A DNA stretch of 64,000 nucleotides, taken from Hormiphora californensis (lineage: Eukaryota; Animalia; Ctenophora). The number at the start of each line of letters is the position of its first letter. Within the stretch, counting starts at the first letter, position 1. A model generated the notes under the pieces. The model saw nothing but the letters and a program-made list of their open reading frames with translations. It had not been told where the DNA came from and made no database searches. The translations under genes and the position numbers were made by a program. Where the stretch lies: the NCBI GenBank assembly GCA_020137815.1, contig CM035358.1, forward strand, positions 2,604,001 to 2,668,000. Reading direction: 5' to 3'. This document shows, piece after piece, positions 43,536 to 62,003 of the stretch.

Positions 43536-44068
43536 CAGGGCCCACGACACGGAATTTTTCCAGGGGGGGCCGGTGCGGAGCACCGGAATTTTGGAGATAC
43601 GCACGCGACGAGGGTGCCGCGAAGCGGCGCCGGAGGAGCAGCGGCAGGGGGTTTGGGCCGCAGGCCCCCAATGGGGTCCAGGGGTGAAGCCCCCGGAAAA
43701 ATTTTAAACTTTTTATCCGATTTTCACACATTTTAGGCATTTAGAAGTCCATCTCCACCTTATTTCTGTTTGAGTAGAACCTGTATGTCTTGAAGGGGGT
43801 GCCGGAGGAGCAGTGGCAGGGGGTTTGGCGGCCGCAGGCTCCTAATGGGGTAAAAATTTAGACTTTTTAACCGATTTTCACTCATTTGAGGCACGTAGAA
43901 ACTGTATATATGCCTTGAAGGGGGCGAAGCCCCCGAAAATTTTAGAATTTTAACTGATTTTCATGCATTTTTTACGTTCTCTACGAAATATTTCAATAAA
44001 ATTTCCATGTTTGGTAAATCCCAGGGGAGGCCCGGCCCCCCCTGGCCCCCCCGGTGTCGTGGGCCCTG
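43536..44068. mobile_element. hAT-like MITE with 5-bp TSD (hAT5-like)
   Basis: 18-bp TIR cagggcccacgacaccgg; ctaca on both flanks; internal degenerate repeat and GAA mini-hairpins. Confidence 0.8.
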
Positions 44069-46031
44069 CTACAGTATGTCTTGTTGAGTATGAATGTCTG
44101 TTTTTTTTCTAACGATTCTTCAATATTTCTCAACGATGAAAAATCCAACTTTAAACGATTGTTTTCCTACGAAATAATAGACGATCTCTACGGAAGCGAA
44201 ACGATAATGAGCCAACACACACAGACACAAACGATAAACGATAAGGCTTTATATAATTGTTCATTGCATACACATGCTAACTTTAAATGAAAAGATGAAA
44301 CAAATAAAAAATTATAAACAGGTAAAAAATTATAAACAAATAGTAAAAAGACTTGAAACAAGAAACAAGAAACAAACAAGAAAGAAGAACTGAATACACA
44401 CATCAGCAGTCTATTAGAACTGTATGTTCTCAGCTATATTAGAACAGTTAATGGCATTGCTGCCTGACGTCAGGCAGCATGTTACATACACACACGTTTA
44501 CTCCATCTCTCTCTCCGTTCAATAATATATATATCTCTCCGTTCAATAATATCTATCTCTCCGTTCGATAATATCTATTTCTCTCCATCCCCAATTGTCC
44601 ATCCTCATCATTAAATTTCTTAGCGCCAGTTCGACGAGCAACACGTTTGTGTTTTTTTTCAATATTTGCATCCTGCATTCGTTTGGTGTGCGGGTTTATT
44701 CAGGGGTCATGGCGTCTTTTATTCAATCTTTTGTTTCTATGCGTGGGGTGACAACCATAATAATAGATACTTGTTTCGTACTCCTCTTTAGGCTTTGTTA
44801 TATGCAGGGACAACGTAATAACTTAATTTAGAACTCACTTTTCTACTACACCTAATAGGTGACCTATTGTAATACTGTTTCCATACTAAAATGACAATGG
44901 TAAAGGAGTATTGAATAGTACTGCTATACACTATTGTTGATTTCCGTCATCTATTCTTTCGACTCTTTTTTAATTTTTATTCGCCATTATATAATGCTGA
45001 AACATGTCGGGTTACTTACAGACTATTTAAATACTTTAACAAATTATACAACTTGTTTCCTGGCTCAATTGATTTACAAAGACAATAAAGATCCGTAATA
45101 TTCTGTCAGATGGTTCGTCGTGTATCATGTGTGTGTCCACTAGGAGTAGGGGGAGTAATGACACACGTAAATTACACGTGTACTGTCTGGGGGATTGTAA
45201 AATCGACAAACAGAGGGAATGAGAGACTCTCATTCCCTCTGTTTGTTTCTCATTGAGAGTGATAGAAGGAAGATATATACTATATAGATATGAAGGGATA
45301 GAGCCCATTATGATATATGTAAAGATACATCAACATGGATAGCGTGGGGAGGTTTTTATATATTTCCAGGGGCCGGGGCGGGATATACTCACAACTGTCG
45401 GGCAGCGGACACGATTATAGACTCAGTCCCTGCAATTACACTTTAATATAAACGAGATGAATTGAAATAAATACAGTTAGTATATTGAGTATACATTGAT
45501 ACATATTGACATGAGTAATGTACATTTTCTCTCGTAATAAATCGTCTCGAACACGATGACATCAAATATAATAGATATAGAGAATAAAGATGTGTATTTT
45601 AAAGAAATCTTTAAATATAAACATTTCAAACTAAACTCTTAATATATGTGACATAAACTTAACGTGAAAAAATAAAGAAGAAAGTATTTAACAGATTATA
45701 TTTACAGGGATGAAAAATGTATTATACAACTTTTAATATATCTTGGCATAAAATATTAATCAATATGATACAGCGTTGGGAAAGCGAGTTAATTAATTAA
45801 CATGAGCATGCGTTACTTGAAATAATGGCAGTTTTTTGTGATAAAATATTTAAATTAACTGGTGAAAGTATAATTATACATGCAATTTAAATAACATATC
45901 ACATTTTAAGTCCCCACCTCTCTCTCTACTCTATCCTGATCCTTCAAAATAAGAGTCAACATATCATGATGCTCCCAGATATCACACACACGGTGTATAA
46001 CTCAGCTCCTCAGTTCTGCTCCATTCTCACA

Positions 46032-50441
<4,410 letters not shown>

Positions 50442-50769
50442 CCTAAATAAACATTGTGGTGGGTAACAACCAATTACAAACACGATAGTATTTTAATTAC
50501 TAAAACTATAAATGTAAAGTTCGAATAAGTACAAGTAATGTTTTAAAAGAGTTGTAAAGGCAGTTCAAACACGCATTATTATGAAGTAGAAATAGGAATT
50601 GCTGTAAACGACATGGTAGCAGAAATACGAAGGGGTGTTAATAATTCACCACCGAAAGTGGCACCACCAGAACATGGGCTTCAAAAGAACTCAAGGTAGG
50701 TAATAAAATGTGGGCGAGCAGCAAAGACATTAGCAAAGAGAGAAGAACGGGTTCCTGTGATATAGAAAC

Positions 50770-50803
50770 GGAGAGAGAGAGAGAGAGAGAAGAGAGAGAG
50801 AGG

Positions 50804-50836
<33 letters not shown>

Positions 50837-50888
50837 GGGGTGTGGGGGGGGGGGGGGGGGGGGGGGGAGGGGGGGGGGGGGGGGGGGG

Positions 50889-50930
<42 letters not shown>

Positions 50931-51033
50931 ATAGAGACGAGAGAGAGGAGAGAGAGAGAGAGAGAACGAGAAGAGAGAGAGAAGAGAGAGAGAGGAGAGA
51001 GGAGAGAGGAGAGAGTAGAGAGAGAGAGAGAGT

Positions 51034-51069
<36 letters not shown>

Positions 51070-51132
51070 AGAGAGAGAGAGAAGAGAGAGAGAGATAGAG
51101 AGGGAGAGAGAGAGAAGAGATAGAGGAGAGAG

Positions 51133-51197
<65 letters not shown>

Positions 51198-51200
51198 AAG
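50770..51200. repeat. (AG)n / poly-G low-complexity tract
   Basis: direct reading. Confidence 0.93.
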
Positions 51201-52476
51201 GAATTGGTAGCTGTCAGTGACGTCACGCACCACGTGTCAACACACGGACATAGAAAGAACAGGTACCTAATACAGAAAGTGAGTGTCAGAGAGAGAAAAA
51301 AATGACAGGAAAACTGCTGAGCAGTCGACATTGTGCTTGACATGTAAGAAAGAGAGACCACCGCGGAAAGAGAGTATGAGTCTTAGTATGAGAATGAGAG
51401 ACAGATGAAATATAGCGAAAGAAAAGCAGGAGTATAGTGAGGACAAAGTCAGAGAAGAAGCATCACTATTAAAAGTGAGAGAAGAAACACCACTATAAAA
51501 AGTAAATGCCGCATAACCGGAAGTATAAAGTCACAGAGAGAGGGACTGAGAGAGAGAGGGATCAACTCATCGTGGCTTTACTGGTGTTAGTACTGAAAGT
51601 GAAAATAGATGTCTGTTATATTGGCCGTGGTGAAAATAGTCATGTCTGTATCGGAGGTGTGGTGAAAATAGTCTGTCTGATTATCACAGTACCGCGGTAT
51701 TTCCATCATGTTTCCCTAATTAGTTTGTTGTGTGTTACTCAACATTAATTAGTGGCGGACCGCGACCGAGCTATTTGCATTGCTGACCATCTGACAGAGA
51801 GAAAGGTAGACTGTGATACAGCTTCAAATTGCGGCATAACTGATCCACAGGAGGTATTTATATTTAGTGGATTAATGACTGGCTCCAGGTGCCTGCAGCC
51901 ATACTGCAGTAATTATAGGGATAGTATTCCTAAGGGATACCCGGGCAGGTGCAGCTGTGCTCGAATTGATTCAAATTTGAAATGCTTTTTTTTCGGGAAT
52001 TTCCTCCATGAAGTTTTAATCAATTAGAACGTTATGGCGCCCTCCTGCTATGTTATCCTCCACTACCCAGATTTCAAGAGCGATAAATGAAAGGTGCCCG
52101 TGAGATCTCATAACAAATTGTAGTTTATACAGCCCATCTGCTCTTGTAAAGCTGTCTCAAGTGCCAGTATTCTCAATCTTATTAGTAAACTAAAAGTGGT
52201 CAGATCACATGATTCATGTGACAGGCAGGGAAATACGGCACTATGGATACATATTACATAGTGCAATTAATATTCTTGTTAAAATCCTCTGGATACTTCA
52301 AGGAAGATGACACTCGTAAATCGAGAATTTACTTTTCGGGTTCGGTTAAAATTATTGTTGGGGCATAACTGGAATTTTGAGGAATTTTGAGGACTCACAG
52401 TAAAACGAAAACCTTAAAAATTTTACTAAAATTGAACCTACTATCAAGAATGAGAACAACTGATAAGGGATGAAAA

Positions 52477-53249
52477 CTAGAAAAATACCATGGGTTGGGA
52501 TTGACCCGACAACCTCTGGGTAGTGGGTTGCACATTCATTGCTCTACCTAACCAGACCCGAACAGGCAGCCCTAACTTGTCTTGACCACAAAAACCAATC
52601 GCTAACAATCCAAGGCACCCAATCTCCAGTTTTTGATTTCGGGAAAAAGGTTTTGCGCAGAACAGCTCCAGTGAACACTCGTGACCCACGCGTCATAAGA
52701 GCTGTTTTGAGCGGTGATTAAACGAAACAGGTCACGCGGTGCTCGACCTGAACATTTCCCGGAAATTTTCAGGTCGAGCTCATTTTCCGAGGTTCCTCAA
52801 AGACCGGTAAGCGGTAAATACTCGCAAACTTCACATTTTTTGGACGTTTTTGACCATACCTCCGCCACTTATTAGCCAATTTGCATGGTCTTGGGCTCAT
52901 TGGAAAGCGGACATTGAGCTCTTTTCATACATGAAAGAATCATGATAATTTGTGGTGAAAATAGCGAAGTATGACTAAGGTTTGTGAAAAAGTTTGCCAA
53001 AAAAGTTTCAGAAAACTGAAAAATTTGAACAAAAAATTCATTTTGCGCAATTTAAAAATAAAAAGTGTTCGCGCGCCTGTGCGCGGCGCTTAATACGATA
53101 TAAAGTTTTGCGCGTGTGTTTAATTGCGCGTGCTAAAATGAGGACTTGAATTTCAAACCCTAAAACTTACTAAATAAATTACTTACCCATGCCTTGGTCC
53201 ATACAATACCTACCTGAAGCAATTCAACGCAAAAATATAGCCTTGGGGC
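52477..53249 (-). mobile_element. Possible Helitron/Helentron-type non-autonomous element
   Basis: minus strand ends ggtatttttCTAG|tttt with a nearby imperfect hairpin; MITE-like AT-rich body; the other end is uncertain. Confidence 0.35.
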
Positions 53250-53618
53250 CTGTCCGGCCAATGCTCTAACAACTGACAACCGGGGGATCTCTCACTGACG
53301 AGTAAACCGGTAAACAAATGGATAACGGAAGGTAAATAAAGTAATAATTACACTTTAATACACACAATAGAGGCAATAAAAAGATAAAACAGTGTTTGAC
53401 GTCATAATTATAATTACTTTTTAGCTGTCTTGCGGCGCTGACCCGATCTGACTTCTGAGCAGCATTGCACAGCAGTGACAGCCCTAAATTTTGGTCGAAC
53501 TCTGTGTAAAGACCATAATAATACCATAAATAAATCGGCCGGCCGCTGATTAAGTAGACACATCGAAAGTTTCATGTCTAAGTTCATGGAGAACTACTAT
53601 AATAGTCCGTTACAATCA

Positions 53619-54914
53619 GGCTATAAGCATACTGATCGTGATGATCATAATCAGGTCAGTGTGCGGAGATTTTGATGGTCACCATCAAAGAAGCGCACAC
53701 ACTGATGGTTATCATCATGATGGAGGCTTGATGCATCATGATGTTCTCAAACCATAGTGTGTTCACGTTTGATCATCATAAACCATAGTGTGCTCACGTT
53801 TGATCATCATAAACCATGCTCAACTTGCTGGAACTTGCCTTTTGATCATGATCATCATGAGCAGTGTGCTCAGCATGATGATGCTATCTCCCCCTTGCCT
53901 AGTCGCGCGCTCTGAGAGGCTGTTGCATATCACGTGACCTGTACAACAGCCTCTCGCGCGCGCGCGAAGTCGTACCACGTGGTACATATCACATGACTAC
54001 AGTGCAGCCCTCCATAAGAATAAGATCAGAACGTGCGCACACTATGTGTTGATGATCATCATCCAACTTAAGGCTATAAGCATACTGATCGTGATGATCA
54101 TAATCAGGTCAGTGTGCGGACGTTTTGATGGTCACCATCAAAGGAGCGCACACACTGATGGTTATCATCATGATGGAGGCTTGATGCATCATGATGTTCT
54201 CAAACCATAGTGTGTTCTTGGTATCGAAGATACCTTCGCGGCCTTCGTTTGGCGTGCTTCGCACGCCGCGCCGGCAAGGGAGGGGTAACTTCGTTACCAA
54301 AGTGTGTTCACGTTTGATCATCATAAACCATAGTGTGCGCACGTTTGATCATCATATACCATGCTCAACTTGCTGGAACTTGCCTTTTGATCATGATCAT
54401 CATGACCAGTGTGCTCAGCATGATGATGCTATCTCCTCCTTGCCTCCTCTTGCCTAGTCGCGCGCTCTGAGAGGCTGTTGCATATCACGTGACCTGTACA
54501 ACAGCCTCTCAGAGCGCGCGAAGTCGTACCACGTGGTACATATCACATGACTACAGTGCAGCCCTCCATAAGAATAAGATCAGAACGTGCGCACACTAGG
54601 TGTTGATGATCATCATCCAACTTAAGAGACGGCTCCAGGGCCAGCTCTTACGTGATGATCATAATGTTCCGCACACTGCAGTTTTTTGCAGATGATGATG
54701 ATCAAAACCATGAGCACACTTAATCTTTTTAACTGATTATGATCATCACGATCAGTATGCTTATAGCCTAAGAGACGGCTCCAGGGCCAGCTCTTACGTG
54801 ATGATCATAATGTTCCGCACACTGCAGTTTTTTGCAGATGATGATGATCAAAACCATGAGCACACTTCATCTTTTTAACTGATCATGATCATCACGATCA
54901 GTATGCTTATAGCC
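53619..54914. mobile_element. Harbinger-type MITE (outer copy)
   Basis: TIR ggctataagcatactgatcgtgatgatcat; tca/tga flanks. Confidence 0.85.
54072..54768. mobile_element. Same-family MITE nested inside the outer copy
   Basis: same TIRs, TAA TSD; the inner copy retains the empty site caacttaagagacgg (~54618). Confidence 0.88.
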
Positions 54915-55045
54915 TGACACAGTGTCCCTCAAATTATCATCCACATGATGACGACTCACGACACGAATGATTATTATCTATCCGGGCCGGTTTGTGCAGC
55001 TCACAGTGACACCTCATTTTATTTCATGTGTGGGGGCTCAGTAGA

Positions 55046-58000
55046 TCAAGGGCCAGTTAGCTCGTTTAATGTGTTAACTAGCTCAGTTAACTTGGCATCA
55101 TTGAGACTGAGTAACTCTCCGAGAAGGCCCGAGTTCCCACCTCCTAGTGTACCTCCTGAAACGATGGGTGTGTTACTAAGAGCTTGCTGCTCCAGGAGAG
55201 CTATATATTCATGCATTCAGAGGGAAAGGGAGGGAGACATCGAAGGATAATATAGCTGGAGAACTCTCCTGGATTTTATGATAGAGTCTTTAACACTTTA
55301 GTTTATGTTTTGACACTCAATAATGTATGAATGACATCAATAGTTTGTTTTACACACCTGTTTTTAGGAGATGTGGAGCAGATGCTGATGTTAGAGGTCC
55401 CTTCTTTTCTTCTGCATTCGGGGATTTTATCGTACTCTGAAAGGGCAAGATGGAGTCAGTTGGTCGAAAATGGATGATATTTATAGAGAGATCACGTGTC
55501 AAATTGTCCAGCCCCCTGTTACCTCTTTGCTATGTTGCCTTTTAATTGGACTACTGTTTTTGATCGGGCTGCTTCCTTTCACTGGACTTGAACTCGCACT
55601 TCTCCTTTCGAACTGTTCTATAACACTCGACACGGCCCCAGATGCTGGCGCTTCCGCTTGAGAAAAGGATGTTAGAAGAGAGATGGGAGAGAATGATGGA
55701 GAGAAAGAGATATAGAAAGAGAGAGAGAGGGACAGAGAGAGAGGGAGGGGGCCGAAGCTCGAGTGTACGCTTTGTCTCGTGTCATGTTTATTGTTCGAGT
55801 TGGGCAGTGTGTATGGGGGCAAAGTTCACTTGTTGTGAACAATTCAATATATTCAGTGGTAGTACGTCCCCCCTCTCTCTCTGTCTGTGTCTCTCTTTCT
55901 CCCTCTCTCTCTCTGTCCCTCTTCTCTCTCCTTGTCTCTGTCTGTCTCTGTCTGCCTCTCAAGTCTCTACCATTCTCTCTCATCTCTTTCTGTCAGTCTA
56001 GTTAGCTGTTTAGTTATTGGTAACTCTTCCTTTCAACTGAAGGTTCAATAAGCCTTGTCTCGTTGTTACACTCACAGAAAAGAAAGGTTACTAGGTTCTG
56101 TTACCATGGTAACCAGTTTGGTTACCATGGTAAATACTTACCACTATCAAGATGTTGAACATAATGTGGGTTGCTGGACAGAAATCTCACTATCATTTCC
56201 CGTTTCTCTGAATCTGATGATCCCCCAACATGTTGTCCTCCCGGTGGCTGTCTGTTTTCAAGATTGGTATCAGAGATGCTGGAAGTTATTGGTTTGGGCT
56301 TGTAAGAAACTGGCTTCATGACAAATTCCGGTGAGCGACTAGTAGAAGGCACCTTCGCTAGAGGCTGAGGTTTCGGTGGAGATCGAGGTTCCGATTGTAT
56401 CGGTGGGGCGCTGTCTCTCTTGGGGGGCGAAGTATCTCTTTTTGAGGGCGAAGTGTCTCTTTTTGGTGGCGAAGTGTCTCGTTTTAGGGGTGAAGTGTCT
56501 CTTTTCTGCAAAGAGGCATCTTTCTTTACCGAGGAGACATCATTCTTTCCCAAACCTTTGGGGGGAGACCTATCTCTTCTTTTGATAGGAGATTCATCTC
56601 TCTTCACCCCTCCAACCCTTTTACCTGGTGACGAAGACCGCTCTCTCGCTGGAGAAACTTCCTTTCTCTGAGACCTAGGAGGGGAGAAGGCGGACCCAAT
56701 CTCATGTGTCGATCTAGCCGTTCTTACCACTGAGGGAGGAGACACGATACACGGGCTGACAGATGTTGAAATCAGTGTGTTCTCAAACAGATTGGGTGTT
56801 GCCTCCAAACTACTCTGGTCTGCTGTCCGGGCTGCCAGGGTGTTCATCTGTCTCAATCTAGCTATCAGGGCATCCAAATCTTGGCTCAGATCCAATTCGG
56901 GGGAGGTTGTTCCGTTCGTTGTTTCTAGTTGTCCTTCCACAGTTGTTTCTAACTGTCCCTCCACAATGTCACTTGTGTTGTTGTAGGTATCCAGTGTAAG
57001 ATCATTGTCCCCATCCCCAACAGGGAGGGTTGTATTGATAGTTGTATTTGCAAGGGTTGTGTTTTCAACAGTAGTGTCAATAACACCAGCACTGTTGTTA
57101 TCAGATGTTGTCCAGCCATCGTTACTTAGCTCGCTCGTTGTACTGATTTCAGGTTTCTGTGAAATACCACCATGTTGAGAGAGATGGGAGATAGTGGTGG
57201 CACTACCCGGCAGCTGTGAGTTGGGCGTCAATGTATCTTGGGAGAGATCACTGGTGAGATTAGGACCATTGTTTGATGTGGGCATCACGTCTTGTTTTGA
57301 CGGCACATATTTATCAGTGACTGGTGCATTCTTCCTCTCCATTTCGGGGGTCAAGTGGATGAGAGTCACTGAGTTGTCCGGAGTAAAGGTCATCAAATCA
57401 CCCGACACTGAAATGTAGAGAAGGAGTTAGTCAGTTAGTAGATGGGGTTAATTAGTTAGCTAAGTTAGTCATTAAGTAGATGGATGGGGCTAATTAGTTA
57501 GTTAGTTAGTTGGTAGAGAGATTATTGTCTTTGTATTGTTCATACTCTCTTTTCCCGGTGGCCTCAAGAGACCGTCTGAACAACCCAAGGTTGCATGTAA
57601 TAAACATTGGACTATAAATATTGTACAATGAGCTATTATATGATCATTGTTGCCCAATAATTATCCCCCCCCCCCCATATATTCAACATATTGTCTGACA
57701 AAGGTTCACACCCCCTGTCCCCAGACCACACCTGCCGTACTATAACAGACATGTGTGTGCAGTGTGTGTGTATAACAGATCTGGTGGAAGGAGAAATTTA
57801 TATTCCTATAACTCTGTAACACTCCCTTGTTCAAGTCTCCTATTTTAATCATTCGTAATTATACTTTTGTTGTAGGCCTTGTTACCCCAGAGGGAACTGA
57901 GTTTACGAAGCCTCTACTGCTTGATCCCCGCCCCTATGCGACTGGGAGAAGAAGAGTTGAGAAATTGTCCCATATCATTCCCTCCAACTCTCCCTGTAAT

Positions 58001-59956
58001 TCTTTAGGCCTTGTTACCCCAGCTGCCAGTTGTTCTCCTGTGACATTGCAGTGACACTGCAATGTCACAGGAGATTGGAGAACTACAATGCAGTGTGACA
58101 ATGCCCACTCACCCCCAAGTAATGCCATTATATGACAGTTCTATAATATGTAAGGGCACATATTGCCGGGGTGTATTTAGTAAGAAGTTGACAAAACAAA
58201 TAATACATCTACTGCACAGTCCCGGCATGTCAGTTTATACAGTCCCGGGGATTGTGGCATGTTTACTTGTTAGTTGTGAGGTAGGGACATATCATAATAG
58301 TAGTTGTTGTCACTTGCCATTTGCCAAGTATTATTTCTCTCCTAACCATCCCTTAACTTGCCTAGCTAGACTGTGTTTCGCGCACCCCGTTAGAACATAA
58401 CAACCCTAAACATCAGTTTCGAGGGCCAAGTCAATTATACAGGGTGTTCATATGGGATCTTTACAAGCGTTGGGCTTCACCCAGAAAAAAGTTGACAAAA
58501 TTAGCTTATGAAACTTCATACTTGGACTATTCTATACCCTCATTCAAGGTTCCTGGTGTTTTCGGACCTCTAATACCCCTGGAAGTGTCTTTTTGGCATC
58601 AAAACTACCAGAAGGAATTTTTTGCTGGTGCTGAGACTTTACTAAAATGTTTTTTAGACATTTTCTATGTCAATTTCAAAGTTTCATGAAGATCGGAGGT
58701 GGTTTCCGGGCTCCACGTTCCATCTAAAGTGGCCGGGTAGGCCAAAAAACAACTCAAAAAGCCCTAAAATAGACATTTTTGACCACACAGACCAAACGCG
58801 GCAAAATAAGGCAATTTAAACTAGGTAAAATGTTGTTTAGACTATTTTGAAGGTGTGGTCAAAATTTCAGCTCAAACGATTGACAGGTTATGAAATGGTG
58901 GCCGGAACAAGAAAGCTGAGACAAGGAGGTTAAACACAACAACAACAACTGCAATGAACTGAGTGTGTGTACTGCACACTCAGAACTGTTGCAGAGGACA
59001 GTTAAGTTTCTTATCTCTATTTTCAAGAGGGGTGTGTCACCCTTCTTTCTTTCTCAATCTCTCTCACACACACACATCATCAATGATAAAGAAGGAAAAA
59101 GAGGACGAAATAGGAAGAGAGATTGAGAGAGAAAGAAGGGTGACACACCCCTCTTGAAAATAGAGATAAGAAACTTAACTGTCCTCTGCAACAGTTCTGA
59201 GTGTGCAGTACACACACTCAGTTCATTGCAGTTGTTGTTGTTGTGTTTAACCTCCTTGTCTCAGCTTTCTTGTTCCGGCCACCATTTCATAACCTTTCAA
59301 TCGTTTGAGCTGAAATTTTGACCACACCTTCAAAATAGTCTAAACAACATTTTACCTAGTTTAAATTGCCTTATTTTGCCGCGTTTGGTCTGTGTGGTCA
59401 AAAATGTCTATTTTAGGGCTTTTTGAGTTGTTTTTTGGCCTACCCGGCCACTTTAGATGGAACGTGGAGCCCGGAAACCACCTCCGATCTTCATGAAACT
59501 TTGAAATTGACATAGAAAATGTCTAAAAAACATTTTAGTAAAGTCTCAGCACCAGCAAAAAATTCCTTCTGGTAGTTTTGATGCCAAAAAGACACTTCCA
59601 GGGGTATTAGAGGTCCGAAAACACCAGGAACCTTGAATGAGGGTATAGAATAGTCCAAGTATGAAGTTTCATAAGCTAATTTTGTCAACTTTTTTCTGGG
59701 TGAAGCCCAACGCTTGTAAAGATCCCATATGAACACCCTGTATATGTGCTCTTGCCTTGACCCTATCTCACCGCGCCCCACACGGGTTAGAAAATAACAA
59801 ATGTACCCCCTGCTTACCTTTTGAACCTACAGTAGGCCCTTGATCTTTCCGTAGACAATTGTTCATTAGAAAGTTGATAGCAGCTGAGTGGTCCTGCTCC
59901 AGTGTCTGTACTCGCTGTTTCGCTTCCGATAGTTCCCTTCTACAGGACAACAGCTC
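55046..59956 (-). CDS. Uncharacterised protein: coiled-coil segment + long S/T/P-rich region with RDTSPPK repeats (5' end not resolved)
   Basis: Phase-compatible exons ~59956-59817, ~57575-57546, 57407-56141 (428-aa ORF), ~55657-55523, ~55437-55358, ~55200-55046. Confidence 0.65.
58440..59740. mobile_element. Palindromic non-autonomous Tc1/mariner-type element
   Basis: 625-bp inverted arms, ~51-bp spacer, CAGGGTG ends, TA TSD. Confidence 0.88.
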
Positions 59957-60048
59957 CTGGAAAATAATATGAGTTAGTGATATTTTGTAAAATAAGAGGG
60001 GCGGCAGGGGCAGCCTAGCCGCCCCTAGAATTTTTGAAAGGTTCAACG

Positions 60049-61237
60049 CAGGAAGCGACCGAATATTCGGTTCGGTTCGGTTCGGTTCGGAAATTCGGTG
60101 TTTTTTGGGCGGTTCGGTTCGGTTCGGTTCGGTAGGAAATTTTGGCCGAACCACCGAATTTTTTGGTCAAAAAATGCCCAGAAATCGGGCTTTTTCATGC
60201 AAAATTTTTCAATTATTTCACGAAAATTGTATAGATTTCAATGTCAATTTCGCCGTATTAACCCTATTTCGAATCGGTGGTGCTATGTGGAAATGATTTC
60301 GCTAGTTAGCGGGTTCGATATGGATTGATTTGATACCCTGATATGTCAATTTTTGCGTACGAATCGTGTTTCGAATCGGTATTGCTAAGCGGGAGTGATG
60401 TTGCTAATTAGTGGGTCCGAGATGGATTATGCTGATACGTGATCCCCATCAAATCTAATTAGGAAGTTTAGGGGAAACGATTCATGTTTCAATAAATCCT
60501 GCTAATTAGCGAGAGCACTGCCGCATAGCATCACCGATTCGCAACACGATTCGTACGGCAAAATTGACATAGAATTTTTTTCCGAAATTGACTTTGAAAT
60601 ATTTTACAAAGTTTTTTTCACAAAATTAAATGTTTCTCTAAAAATTCATGGAGAGCATCGATCAAGGTATTGAGAATCATTACCTGAAATTTTGTGAAAT
60701 TTTTTTTGTGACAAATATTTTAAGTAAATTATGGTATACGAATCGTGTTTCTAATCGACAATGCTAAACGGGAGTGATGTTGGTAATTAGTGGGTCCGAG
60801 ATGGATTGTGCTGATACGTGATCCCCCATCAAATCTAATTAGGAAATTTAGAGAGACACGATTCATGGTTAGTTTAATCCTGCTAATTAGCAATACCATT
60901 CCCGTATAGCATTGCCGATTCGAAACACGATTCGTACGCAAAAATTGACATAGAAAATTTACGATAAAATTGACTTTGAAAATTTTTTCACAAAATTGAC
61001 TTTGAAATTTTTTCAAACATTTTTTTACAAAATTTCAGAGAATGATTCTCAATACCTTGATCGGTGCTCTCCATGACTTTTTAGAGAAACATTTATACAG
61101 AAAAAGTTTTGTATGGTTCGGTTCGGTTCGGTTACCGAAATTCGGTTCGGTTCGGTTCGGTTCGGTTCGGTAAAAAAGTTTTTCAAATTCGGTTCGGTTC
61201 GGTTCGGTGGAAAAAAACCCGGTTCGGTCGTTTCCTG
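60049..61237. mobile_element. hAT-type non-autonomous element
   Basis: TIR caggaa(g/a)cgaccgaa, perfect 8-bp TSD gttcaacg, subterminal (ggttc)n arrays, internal ~350-bp tandem duplication. Confidence 0.9.
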
Positions 61238-62003
61238 GTTCAACGGCTTTAACCTTGAATTGTTCATACTTTCTAGTTCTACGGACAACTCGCACTACCA
61301 CTCCCACAACTTTTCTCTTTCTTACCACAATTTGATATTGAGTAATGCTCTATCTCTCATTCTATTCACACATATAACAGGTCATGGTCGTATTGTACGT
61401 GGGCTTGTACGTATGTGTGTATGAGAGAGAGAGAGAGAGAGAGAGAGATATATAGAGAGAGACACAGCGTGATCCACTACAGCTACTCACAGGCAAATTG
61501 TGGAAGTAAGATAATATGTGAACAATGGTATTTCTATAGTATTGCAATTGAGCAACTGAGGTTGTAGGTATGTATTCAGATCGTGATTGATAGTTTCAGA
61601 ATTCAGTAACTTGGAGTCGTGAAGTTACTAGGTTGAGGGTTACCTTGGTAACAAAATGGAAGCCATTTTCAAGCAATACCACTTTCAATAATACAGGCAT
61701 GCTCTAATGAGAGGAAATATTGCTTGATTTCCATCGACCTCTCATTTTGTTAGGCCTTCATTTGCTTCAGATCTTGGAATCTGTTATTGTCCTCTTTTTC
61801 GCCCATAGGCGAACTTTGTTTCTGAAACTGAAAATTTGAGATTTAACACACATCATGTGAAGCTTGGTTTTTCTTATTACACAAATCATCGGTTCAATGA
61901 TGTATGTGTAGCTGAAGGTGTGATATCTTTGTCTATCTTTAATCTTGTTAATGTATAGTTTTGTTCTGTGTATGACTCAATATTGTTCGTGAAAATTGAG
62001 ATC

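Noticed and set aside
50826-50889. Poly-G tract as a poly-Pro/Gly exon or functional G-quadruplex
   Set aside because: Embedded in a microsatellite and error-prone; no splice or homology support
60066-61227. (GGTTC)n arrays as telomeric repeats or TEPNR-repeat proteins
   Set aside because: They are subterminal repeats inside a TSD-flanked hAT element
61250-61830. Candidate 5' exons for the minus-strand S/T/P-rich gene
   Set aside because: Plausible splice sites exist, but I found no consistent open frame
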